Assembly: GCF_030144855.1 (NCBI RefSeq)
Contig: NC_082717.1
Span: 106,764,001-106,828,000, forward strand
Direction: 5' to 3'
DNA: 64,000 nucleotides
DNA from: Hypanus sabinus
Taxonomy: Eukaryota
Shown: positions 1-12,293 of the stretch, piece by piece
Position numbering within the stretch: position 1 is the first letter of the stretch
Layout: each line of letters begins with the position of its first letter
The notes under the pieces: model-generated
The model's database searches: none
The model's input: the letters and a program-made list of their open reading frames with translations, nothing else
Told to the model about the DNA's origin: nothing
Translations under genes and position numbers: made by a program

Positions 1-2
1 GC

Positions 3-491
3 GCGCCCCTGGTCGTCCCCGGGGAGTTTCTACCAGCCCCACGGGGGCAAGAGGAAGATCCCGCAGCAGTCCTGGGCAGACTACGCGAGAAGCTCGGTAA
101 CCTGGCCCCCATACCCACTTCACAGCACGGGCGGCACCCGACCTGCGTACCCAAAGACCTACAGAACTGTAAGTTTGTGTTTGTACGAATGGGCGGGCAT
201 CGGCCACCGCTGCAGCGGCCATACGAGGGGCCGTTTATGGTGCTCCGGAACAACGGGTCCAAGTTCGTGCTGGACGTTGGGGGGAAAGAGAAGGTTTTCA
301 CGGAGGACCGCCTCAAGCCGGCCCATGTGGACCTGGCGCAACCGGCCGAGTTTCCGGCACCTCGGCGCAGAGGCCGACCTCCCAAGCAGGTTCTGGCCCA
401 GACTGTGGACATTGGGGGGTGTATCGCCGGTTCTGGGGGGTGGTTATGTGGCGACCCATTTCCTGGCACATCCGAACCGGCTCACAATTAG
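3..491 (+). CDS. Gypsy pol C-terminal part (integrase GPY/F region plus AT-hook-like RRGRPPK); 5'-partial
   Basis: Translation APLVVPGEF...HRPPLQRPYEGPFMVLR...EDRLKPAH...RRRGRPPK; the stop lies inside the LTR. Confidence 0.8.
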   Translation, partial: APLVVPGEFLPAPRGQEEDPAAVLGRLREKLGNLAPIPTSQHGRHPTCVPKDLQNCKFVFVRMGGHRPPLQRPYEGPFMVLRNNGSKFVLDVGGKEKVFTEDRLKPAHVDLAQPAEFPAPRRRGRPPKQVLAQTVDIGGCIAGSGGWLCGDPFPGTSEPAHN

Positions 492-660
492 ATAGCCTAC
501 GGGGGTTTGCGAGCACAGAGCTTTGGAGCCTCTGCGCCACGGGGGGCAGGTTGAGGGAGGCTTAAAAGGGAGGCTGAGGATTTCGAATAAAGTTTTTCCT
601 TCGACTACAGTTACCGACTTCGTGTCGTAATTTTAGCGCTGCGTGTAGCACACCGCTACA
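447..660 (+). repeat. Gypsy 3' LTR (214 bp)
   Basis: Starts tgtggcg and ends cgctaca (imperfect inverted termini); AATAAA at 586-591. Confidence 0.85.
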
Positions 661-2700
661 ATGTGAATATTGCCAGAAAAACAGAGACTGAATTATAGGG
701 CTAGATTGGAGAAGCAAGGACTTTATTCCATGGAGCACAGGAGAATGACTAGAGACCTTATTGAGCTGTATTAGATCATAAGTGGCACAGTAGGTGTTCT
801 GGCATTTTTTCCAGGTTAAGGGGTTGAAAAATTAGAGAGAATAGGTTAAGGTGAGAGGGGAAATATTTAAATGGGATCTCAGTGACAGCCTACTGAAAGA
901 GATGGTGGTGGGTACATAGAACAAGCTGTCAAAGGAATTGCTGAGGTTGACTCAATAACACAAGCAATATTTGGAAGCGTACATAGAAGTAAAGCAATGG
1001 GTTTGGGGGCCAAATGTAGGCAAATGGAACTGTCTAGATGGATATGTTGGTCAGCACAAATAGGATAGGTAATGACCACCCCCTTCCAAGCACTATGTAT
1101 TGACTAATAACTACACATGCACATTGATCTGTTGTCCCACTCTCTCCAAATCCAAGTTAAACTGACCTCCCCATGCATTTCTTTTTATTTAATAGATATG
1201 TAGGGTACAGACTCAGCAGGTACAAAGGATCTCAACAGTTCTCATCTAGGATTCACTAAAGGTTAACTTGCAGGTTGAGTCGTTGTTTAGGAAAACAAAT
1301 GGAATGTTAGAATTCATTTTGAGAGGAGTAGAATATAAAAGCAAAGGTGCAATGTCAAGACTTTACTAGGCATTGGTCAGACAGTACTTGAAGAAATGTG
1401 AGCAGTTTTGGGCTACTTATCTAAGAAAGGATATGCTGGCACAGCCTCAGAACAGAGGAACAGCCATTCAGAACAGAGATGAGAAAGAATTTCTGCAGCT
1501 AGAGGGTGGTGAATCTGGAATTCATTGCCACAGGTGCCCGTGGAGGTCAAGTCCAGACCACAATGCCCCTCTCTTCAGTGAGTACAGCTGAGAACTATAC
1601 AGTTCAGTCCACACTCTCTGGTACTACACACAAATTAACACTTTGATCCCTAATGCTGGGTGTGTACAGGCCTGTGTGCTCACTGCACAGTCTGGAGAGT
1701 TTTATAAGTCTGTGTTCTTATGGTGAAGGACAGTGTTGGGAAGTTCATTGTCCTTTTGGAACATTGCTGAGTGTTTCTGGAGAGTGCAGTGGGGTGTGTT
1801 TTCACTGATCCCTGTCAGTTCTCTATTGGGAGGTAGAGGTCACACAGTGCAGTATCAGCTACCTGTCACTTTGTAAAAGCCAAGTGTGTCCCACTGGTAC
1901 ATTTCTGTGGGCTTCCAAGTATTTGTGGGACATAAATGAGAAAATGCTGGAAATAATCATCTGATGGAGAGAGGTAGTGAGTCTCAGATGGGAACCACAC
2001 TCAGAAGAACAGAAGACGGCAGGAGCAGGAGTCACCCACCTGACCCCTCACCCCTGCCCCAGCATGCACTGTGACCCTGGCTGATCTGTCCTAGGCCTCA
2101 CCTCCACTTTTGTGCCAGTTCCACATCCCTGATAATTCCAAAATGTATTTCCTGCCTCACTAAATCCGTCCAGCGTTTCGGCCTCCATACCATCTAGGAT
2201 AAAGAATTCCAAATGTTCCCCATCTTCCATGACATGTTCCTGCACATCTGCTTGAAATAACTAATCCCTGACCTCGTAACTCCGGAAACATCCCAACATC
2301 TCTCCTGTCAACACTCCCAAGGACCTTGTGTAAGTTAAGGAAGGTCTCCCCTCACTTTTCGAAAACCCAAGGAGCTTGTATCTGATTTCTTGATGTGACC
2401 TCAACAACTCCCTGTACATCTATATCAATACTTCCCTATTTCCGATCTCCAACCCCCCCAGAATAAAGACCAGTGTACCATTTTCCTCTCACTTGCCAAG
2501 ATTAAATTTCATCTACCATTCCCCTGCCCAATAGATCAGCTGATGAATATCATGTTGTGTCTAACGCAATCCTCCACACTCTCCACAGATTTACATGTCA
2601 CTAGTAAATTCGCTGATCACATCACCTATTTTTAGTACTAATCTCCACCACGACCCTCTGCCTCCCATAAACCAAGCTGATTTTAGATCCAGTTTGCCAT
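661..2700. repeat. Spacer of old degenerate LINE fragments, duplicated in unit 2 (41077-41463 plus 43425-45080)
   Basis: Near-identical to the unit-2 sequence; the same short ORFs recur at 1373/43758 and 2048/44433. Confidence 0.8.
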
Positions 2701-3227
2701 TTAGGTGTTTTGTAACTGTCCTGAACCCTGTTCTGAATCAACTGAGATTCACAGAACAACTTCATATCGCAGTCTCGACCCTGACCGGTTTCCGACCCGC
2801 CCATAAGCTGATGCGTTTTAAATAACAAAAATGGTCATGTTCTATGAATCAGCATTTGTTCCGATCCGTAATTCAATGAGAATCTCGTAGCGGAGAACAA
2901 ACTTTCGGGGCTCTGCGGACGTGATCTGTGTATTATTTGGTTTTTTAAAAATTATTTGCACGGTTTGTCCATTTTTGCACATTGGTTGTTTGTTGGGGTC
3001 TTTGTTCTGCGGGGTTTCCATGGGTTCCATTGCCTTTCTTTATTTTGTGGGTTCCGGCAAGAAATTAATTTCAAGGTTGCAGATGCTGTATAGAATTTGA
3101 TTATAAATTTACTTCAAAGATTAAACTTAATTAACTCAATATTATCAATGGTTCAAGGTCATGTGACGGCTCCTATTCACACATCTGCAATTATTTACAT
3201 TCGGACAGATCTATAGATTTATTTTGC

Positions 3228-3421
3228 TCTTGGCGGACTTTTCAAATTTCAGGATTTCCGGTGGTCTGGAAGTTAGTTTTGGCGCTTGTTCAGCTACCGC
3301 CCGTTCATTGGTGATTGAGCTCTTTATTGGGCTTTTCACTCACCAATGAGATCAGGCGATTTACCGCCAATCAACCGCCGCCCTGTATTCATGCGGGAAG
3401 CGGAGCTGCAGGATTTTAAAA
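3228..3421 (+). promoter_or_regulatory. Coding-less H2A-promoter-like element facing the H2A 3' end
   Basis: Colinear with the reverse complements of 17761-17965 and 4080-4240: ttggcggacttttcaaa, ttttggcgctt, cattgg, attggg, ccaat, ccaatc. Confidence 0.55.
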
Positions 3422-3599
3422 AAACCTAAATTTTCGGCAAAATCTTAAAGTGGGCAGATAAATACTTCTTTTTTAATTTCAGAGGAAGAGATCCGCTTTA
3501 GACAAGAGTTTTAAGCCCTTGTCTACGACAGACACACAGAACGGAAATCCCCCGGACCCACCACAGCCGGTGCTCAGCCCTTCCACAGACAATCTGAGT

Positions 3600-3615
3600 G
3601 GCTCTGAAAAGAGCC
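3600..3615 (-). terminator. Histone 3' stem-loop of H2A (unit 1)
   Basis: GGCTCTTTTCAGAGCC on the minus strand, followed by the purine-rich HDE-like GGAAGGGCTG. Confidence 0.95.
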
Positions 3616-3645
3616 TTTGGGTTTCTAAATTGTCGCTTTGTCTCT

Positions 3646-4240
<595 letters not shown>

Positions 4241-5555
4241 AAAAGGACATGAAATTAGGGAAAAAAACTTTAAACTATATTTATTATCAACGTATACTAC
4301 ACACAGCCTTAAGATTCATCTCCTTAGAGTGAGCCACAAAACAGAGAAACTCGATAAAACTCATTTTAAAAGTTCGTCAAACACCCAATGTACAAAAATG
4401 AACAAATTGTGCAAACTATAACAAGTAAACAAATAATATTAAGAATTAAACTTCGTAAAAGTGAGTTCACAGCCACGAAGCCAGTCATAGCCGATCCAGA
4501 AGCCTGTTAGTTACAGGCCCAAGCCTTTGTTCAGTGCAGGGATGAATAAACGTCACTGAGCAGCAAGCTCCAACACCCTGACATTTTCAATCTGGCCTGG
4601 TGATTGACATTTTCAATTGAACAAACACCAACTTATTCCTGGCTCTCAGGCCTGGGCATAGCCGCCTCAGTTCAACACCAAAGCACATTAAAGAAAAAAT
4701 AAAATTAAACAACAGACCAAAGGAAAGCAATTAGAACCTCTCTGTGAACGTGGACTCTCTGCATGGTCAGTCCCTTCACCCTGTTACTGTCCACAGAGAA
4801 TGTGAATTAATTCTACCATATCTGCCTCTGGGAATGTGTCCCTCTTTGTGAAAATACATCACATCATGGAAGGGTCACTTCATGATCTGTGGTGCAGGCA
4901 CAGAAACAGCGATATGACAGTTAATTTATACTGATGTACAAACAGATTCAGGGCACCTTGCAACAGTGTAGTGGAATAACCAAGAGGCATTCCCTTCATG
5001 TCTAGTCAATGAACAACAGAAAGCATACAAAAACCCCATGCAGCCTCACTCACTGTCAATGGAAAAATGTGTTTGAAGATGGAGACAAACTAATGGGGAA
5101 GAAATGGAAGTTCCGTGTTAGCGCAGGAACACTGGAATTTTGCCTGCCCCTTTTTCAAGGATACACTCAAGCCTGCGCCGCTGTTTGCGGAGAGGGTGAC
5201 CCTCCAGGGTATTGACAGTTTTATAGACAGTAATAACCATGTCTTAGGCTGAGTATACTTAGTGCCTTGTAAATATTGAACATCTGTAACTTGTGTACAT
5301 GTGAAGTAAATAAACTTTTATAGTTTTGTAAAAAAACACACTAGAATTTCACCAATACAGCTTATTGTCATCAACATGATCCTAAAACAGAAATATTGAA
5401 GCAGATGCAGAAAAGTATTTTTGAAATATTCAGACAAAGTTTTCAAGCAAACTGTGTGGGACCTAATAGTCAGTGGGTTTTCAGTTTGTTTTGTCAGGAC
5501 CATGTGGAAATACAGCTGGAGTTGGTGTACTTGGCCACTGCCTTTGTCCCTTCTT

Positions 5556-8500
5556 ACATAGAACATTACAGCACAGAAACAGGCCTTTTGGCCCCATTTT
5601 TCTGCTTAGTCCCACTGACCTGCAACTGGGCCATATCGCTTCAGACCCCTCTCATCCATATAACTGTCCAAGTTTTCCTTAAATGTCAAAAGTGAGCCGG
5701 CATTCACCACTTCATCTGGCAGCTCATTCCACACTCCCACCACTCTTTGCGTAAAGAAGCCCCTCCAATGTTCCCTTTAAACTTTTCCCCCTCACCCTTG
5801 ACCTCTGTTTTTTTTCCTCCCCTGGCCTCAGTGGAAATAGCCTGCTTTCATTCACTCTATCTATACCCATCATAATTTTATACACCTCTATCAAATCATA
5901 TACCCATAACCATATAACAATCACAGCACGGAAACAGGCCATCTCGACCCTCCTAGTCCGTGCCGAACCCTTAATCTCACCTAGTCCCACCTATCCGCAC
6001 TCAGCCCATAACCCTCCACTCCTTTCCTGTCCATATACCTATCCAATTTTACCTTAAATGACACAACTGAACTGGCCTCTACTACTTCTACAGGAAGCTC
6101 ATTCCACACAGCTATCACTCTTTGAGTAAAGAAATACCCCCTCGTGTTTCCCTTAAACTTCTGCCCCCTAACTCTCAAATCATGTCCTCTAGTTTGTATC
6201 TCCCCTACTCTCAATGGAAACAGCCTGTTCACGTCAACTCTATCTATCCCTCTCAAAATTTTAAATACCTCGATCAAATCCCCCCTCAACCTTCTACGCT
6301 CCAATGAATAGAGACCTAACTTGTTCAACCTTTCTCTGTAACTTAATTGCTGAAACCCAGGTAACATCCTAGTAAATTGTCTCTGCACTCTCTCTAATTT
6401 ATTGATAACTTTCCTATAATTCGGTGACCAGAACTGCACACAATATTCTAAATTTGGCCTTACCAATGCCTTGTACAATTTTAGCATTACATCCCAACTT
6501 CTGTACTCAATGCTTTGATTTATAAAGGCCAGCATTCCAAAAGCCCTCTTCACCACCCTATCTACATGAGACTCCACTTTCAGGGAACTATGCACAGTTA
6601 TTCCTAGATCTCTCTGTTCCTCTGCATCCCTCAATGCCCTACCATTTACTCTGTATGTTCTATTTGGATTATTCCTGCCAAAATGTAGAACCTCACACTT
6701 CTCAGCATTAAACTCCATCTGCCAACGTTCAGCCCATTCTTCTAACCGGCATAAATCTCCTTGCAAGCTTTGAAAATCCACCTCATTATCCACAACACCT
6801 CCTACCTTAGTATCATCGGCATACTTACTAATCCAATTTACCACCCCATCATCCAGATCATTTATGTATATTACAAACAACATTGGGCCCAAAACAGATC
6901 CCTGAGGCAGCCCGCTAGTCACCGGCCTCCATCCCGATAAACAATTATCCACCACTACTCTCTGGCATCTCCCATCTAGCCACTGTTGAATCCATTTTAT
7001 TACTCCAGCATTAATACCTAATGACTGAACCTTCTTAACTAACCTTCCATGTGGAACTTTGTCAAAGGCTTTGCTGAAGTTCATATAGACTACATCCACT
7101 GCCTTACCCTCGTCAACATTCCTCGTAACTTCTTCAAAAAATTCAATAAGGTTTGTCAAACATGACCTTCCACGCACAAATCCATGCTGGCTACTTCTAA
7201 TCAGATCCCGTCTATCCAGATAATTATAAATACTATCTCTAAGAATACTTTCCATTAATTTACCCACCACTGATGTCAAACTGACAGGTCTATAATTGCT
7301 AGGCTTCCTTCTAGAACCCTTTTTAAACAATGGAACCACATGAGCAATACGCCAATCCTCCAGCACAATCCCCGTTTCTAATGACATATTAAAGATCTCC
7401 GTCAGAGCTCCTGCTATTTCTACACAAACTTCCCTCAAGGTCCTGGGGAATATCCTGTCAGGACCCGGAGATTTATCCACTTTTAAATTTCTTAAAAGCG
7501 CCAGTACCTCCACCTCTTTAATTGTCATAGGTTCCATAACTTCCTTACTTGTTTCCCACACCTTAGACAATTCAATATCCTTCTCCTTAGTGAATACCGA
7601 AGAGAAGAAATCATTCAAAATCTCTCCCATCTCCTTCGGCTCCACACACAGCTGACCACTCTGATTCTCTAAGGGGCCAATTTTATCCCTCACTATCCTC
7701 TTGCTTTTAATATAACTGTAGAAACCTTTTCGGATTTACTTTCACCTTATTTGCCAAACCAACCTCGTATCTTCTTTTAGCTTTTCTAATCTCTTTCTTA
7801 AGATTCCTTTTACATTCTTTATATTCCTCGAGCAATTCCTTTACTCCATGCTGCCTATATCTATTGTAGACATCCCTCTTTTTCTGAACCAAATTTCTAA
7901 TATCCCTTGAAAACCATGGTGCTCTCAAACCTTTAACCTTTCCTTTCACCCTAACAGGAACATAAAGATTCTGTACCCTCATAATTTCACCCTTAAATGA
8001 CCTCCATTTCTCTATTACATCCTTCCCATAAAACAACTTGACCCAATCCACTCTCTCTAAATCCCTTCGCATCCCCTCAAAGTTAGCCTTTCTCCAATCA
8101 AAAATCTCAACTCTAGGTCCAGTCCTGTCCTTCTCCATAATTATATTGAAGCTAATGCTATTGTGATCACTGGACCCGAAGTGCTCCCCAACACATACGT
8201 CTGTCAGCTGACCTATCGCATTCCCTAACAGGAGATCCAACACTGCCCCATCTCTAGTCGGTTCTATGTATTGTTGCAAAAAACTATCCTGCACACATTT
8301 CACAAACTCTAAACCATCCAGCCCTTTTACAGAATGAGCTTCCCAGTCTACGTGTGGAAAATTAAAATCTCCCACAATCACCACCTTGTGTTTACTACAA
8401 ATATCTGCTATCTCCTTACACATTTGCTCTTCCAACTCACGCGCCCCATTAGGTGGCCTATAATACACTCCTATCAGTGTTACTGCACCTTTCCCATTCT

Positions 8501-10756
8501 TCAATTCCACCCAAATGGCCTCCCTAGAGGAGCTCTCTAATCTATCCTTCCAAAGCACAGCCATAAGATTTTCTCGGACAAGCACTGCAACACCTCCTCC
8601 TCTGGCCCCTCCTACTCTATCACACCTGAAGCAACTAAATCCAGGAATATTTAGTTGCCAATCACATCCTTCCTGCAACCATGTTTCACTAATAGCTACA
8701 ACATCATAATTCCAGGTATCAATCCACGATACCCTAAATCACCCCTCATTCTCCTATGCTCCAGGGAATAAAGCCCTAACCTATTCAACCTTTCTCTGTA
8801 ACTCAGTTTCTCAAGTTCTGGCAACAACCTTGTAAACTTTCTCTGCACTCTTTCAACCTGATTAATATCTTTCCTGTAATTAGGTGACCAAAACTGCACA
8901 CAATACTCCAAATTCGGTCTCACCAATGTCTTATACTCAATACTTTGATTTATAAAGGCCAATGTACCAAAAGCTCTCTTTACATCCCTATCTACTTGTG
9001 AAGCCACTTTTAGGGAATTATGTACCTGTACTCCCATATCCCTCTGTTCTACTGCACTCCTCAGTGTCCTACCATTTACCTTGTATGTTCTACCTTGGTT
9101 TGACTTTCCAAAGTGCAATACCTCAAACTTGTCTGCTTTAAACTCCATCTGCCATTTTTCAGCCCATTTCTCCAACTGGTCCAAATCCCTCTGCAAGCTT
9201 TGAAAACCTTTCTCACTGTTCACTACACCAGCTTTGAAAACCTTTCTCACTGTTCACTACACCTCCAATCTTTGTATCATCAGCTAGTCAGGGAAAATGT
9301 TACAGCAGAGCTCACGCAGGACAGATTAGAGGGCTTGTTTACTGAGGCCATATGGGTGGAGCTGAGAAACAGGAAAGGTATGCCCACATTAATAGGGTTG
9401 TGTTATAGACCACCCAATAGTCAGCGAGAATTGGCGGAGCAAATCTGCAGAGAAATAACAGACAATTGCAGGAGACAGAAAGTTATGATTGTAGAGGATT
9501 TTAATTTTCCACACATTGATTGGGAGTCCCATACTGTTAAAGGTCTAGATGGGTTATAGTTTGTGAAATGTGTTCAGGAAAGTTTTCTGAATCAATGTGT
9601 AGATGTACCAACTAGGGAGGATTAGGAACTAATAGGTCTCCTATTAGGAAATGAGTTATGACAGGTGACAGAAGTGTGTGTAGGGGAACACTTTGGTTCC
9701 AGTGATCGTAACGTCATTAGTTTCAACTTGATCATGGATAAAGATAGATCTGGTCCTCGGGTTGAAGTTCTAAACTGGGAAAAGGCCAAATCTGAAGAAA
9801 TGAGAAAGGATCTAAAAAGTGTAGATTGGGACAGGTTGTTCTCTGGCAAGGATGTGATTGGTATGTGGGAGGCCTTCAAAGGAGAAATTTTGAGAGTGCA
9901 GAGTTTGTATGTTCCGGTCAGGGTTAAAGGCAAAATGAAAAAGAATAAGGAACCTTGGTTATTGAGGGGTATTAGAACTCTGATAAAGAAGAAGAGAGAG
10001 ATGTATAACATGTACAGGCAACAGGGAGGAAATAAGATGCTTGAGGAGTATAAAAAGAGTAAGAAAATACTTAAGAAAGAATTCAGGAGGGCTAAAAGAA
10101 GACATGAGGTTGCTTTGGTAGTCAGGGTGAAGGATAATCCTAAGAGCTTCTACAAGTATGTTAAGAGCAAAAGGATAGTAAGGGATAAAATTGGTCCTCT
10201 TGAAGATCAGAGTGGTCGGCTATGTATGGTACCAAAAGAAATGGGAGAGATATTAAATGTTTTCTTTGCATCTGTATTTACTAAGGAAACTGGAATGGAG
10301 TCTATGGAAACAAGGCAAACGAGTAGGGAGGTCATGGAACTTATACAGATTAAAGAGGAGGAGGTGCTTGCTGTCTTGAGGCAAATCAGAGTAGATAAAT
10401 CCCCAGGACCTGACAGGGTATTCCCTTGGACCTTGAAGGAGACAAGTGTTGAAGTGGATGAAGAGAAGGCAGTGGATGTTGTATAGATGGACTTCAGTAA
10501 GGCCTTTGACAAGGTCCTGCATGGGAGTTTAGTAAGGAAGATTCAGTCACTAGGTATACATGGAGAGGTAGTAAATTGGATTAGACATTGGGTCAATGGA
10601 AGAAGCCAAAGAGTGGTAGTGGAGGATTGCTACTCTGAGTGGAGGCCTGTGACAAGTGGTGTGCCAGGTGGATCAGTGCTGGGTCCATTGGTATTTGTCA
10701 GCTATATCAATGATCTGGAATGATAATGTGGCAAATTGGATCAGCAAATATCATCA
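5556..10756 (-). mobile_element. CR1 LINE with inverted 5' part (9284-10749 on +), interrupted by a younger CR1
   Basis: The minus-strand part runs from ADDT (9283) to the 3' tail (5556). The plus-strand part runs from the endonuclease to NWISK (10749) and has an internal deletion near 10453. Confidence 0.8.
5899..8728 (-). mobile_element. Young 5'-truncated CR1 LINE, ORF2 (APE endonuclease plus RT) with one frameshift
   Basis: ORF 7707-8678 (YRPP, GDFN, SDH endonuclease motifs) and ORF 5981-7693 (QHGF, PQGSVLGP, YADD). The host sequence aaatca is repeated at 5893-5898 and 8737-8742. Confidence 0.93.
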
Positions 10757-10949
10757 TTCCCTGACATGGTGAGATTGGACAACTTCCCAAGCAGTAGTAG
10801 CCACATGACAGTTTGGATCTCTGGGGAGCTGATGGTCAACTGTTTCTTGTAATGGGCCAGGCAGGAAGCCTCACCTGTGATGTGCTTGAAAATATCGTTC
10901 ATGAATGAGTTCATGATGCACATAGCCCTCGAGGAGATGCTGTTGTCTC

Positions 10950-12293
10950 CAGAGTCTCAACATCCATCCTATAATGGTGTGACCAAAACTGTATGCAATA
11001 CTTCAGATGTAGTCTAACTAGAGTTTTATAAACTGCAAAATAACTTCCTGACTATTGAACTCAGTGCCTCAAGTAATAAAGGTATACTTTCTTAACCACC
11101 CGATTAACCTCTGCAGCTACTTTCATGGAGCTATGAACTTGGAGCCCAAGATCCCTCTGCTCATCAACACTGTTGAAGGTCTTGCCTTTCACAGTATAGT
11201 ATCTCTTTACATTTGACCTACCAAGGTGTAACACTTCATATCTGGCTGGGTTAATCTCCATCTGCTATTTTTCTGCCCATATCTGTAACTGATCTATATC
11301 CCACTGTGTTTTTTGCCCATCTTCATGAAGGGAACCATGAATAATCCTGGAAATTATAGACCGGTGAATCTCATGTCAGTGGTAGGGAAGATATTGTAGA
11401 GAATTCTTTTGAATAGGATGTATGAGCATTTGGAAAATCATGGCTTAATTAGGGAGAGCCAGCATGGCTTTATGTGGGCAAGTAGTGTCTTACTAACTTA
11501 ATTGAGTTATGATGAGCTGATGAGGGTTTTTTTGTCCCTTTTTTTGCCCATCTTCAACACCACAAATCTTCACGTCATCTCCAAGATTACTAAACCACCC
11601 ATCTATATTTTCATCTAGGTCACTTATATACATCACAAACATCAGACGTCCCAAAACAGATCCCTTCAGGATATCAGTAATGACAGGCCTCCAGTAAAAT
11701 AAGTCCCTTCAATCACTACCATCTGTCTTCTACGAATAAGCCAGTTGTAAATCCAAATTCACAATGAATCCCATGCATGTTAATCTTCTGGATGAGCAAC
11801 CCGGTCAAACACCTTACTAAATCCATATAGAGAACAGATCTACTGTACCTTCATCAATCACCCTCATCAGCTCATCATAAAGCCATGCTGGCTCTCCCTA
11901 ATTAAGCCATGATTTTCCAAATGCTCATACATCCTATTCCAAAGAATTCTCTACAATATCTTCCCTACCACTGACATGAGATTCACCGGTCTATAATTTC
12001 CAGGATTATTCATGGTTCCCTTCTTGAATAATGGGACAACATTAACCGCTTACAAGTCCTTCAGGATATCACCAGCAGTTAGAGAGGACATGAAGACATT
12101 GGTCAAGGCTTTAGTAATCTCTTCTCTTGCCTCCCTTAATAATCTGGGGTATACCCCCATCAGGCCATGGCGACTTATCCAACTTAATGCTCTTTACTTC
12201 TACCTTACCTTGAAATGCGCTGGCATATCAATTCACTTGGCTTTGATCTCCCTATCCCCCATGTGCTACTCTTTGTACTGCTCTATGTTCTAT
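10950..12293 (-). mobile_element. Degenerate CR1 RT fragment containing a local inverted duplication
   Basis: RT-like translation in 11061-11261; 11327-11527 is the inverse of 11860-12023. Confidence 0.75.

Larger units (their letters stand above)
1..660 (+). mobile_element. 3' end of a Ty3/Gypsy LTR retrotransposon (integrase C-terminus, PPT, 3' LTR)
   Basis: Open frame from position 3 with a GPY/F-type motif (LQRPYEGPF) and DRLKPA. G-rich PPT-like tract at about 435-446, followed by a TG...CA LTR. The paralogous site at about 41077 is empty. Confidence 0.9.
5495..10950 (-). pseudogene. Histone H2B pseudogene split by about 5.2 kb of nested CR1 insertions
   Basis: 10757-10950 encodes [32 protein letters not shown]...EIQTV...LSNLTMS. 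About 5515-5553 encodes EGTKAVAKYTNSS, the directly following H2B residues. Confidence 0.85.

Noticed and set aside
1373-2245. Short ORFs conserved in both units
   Set aside because: Explained by duplication of decayed LINE sequence.
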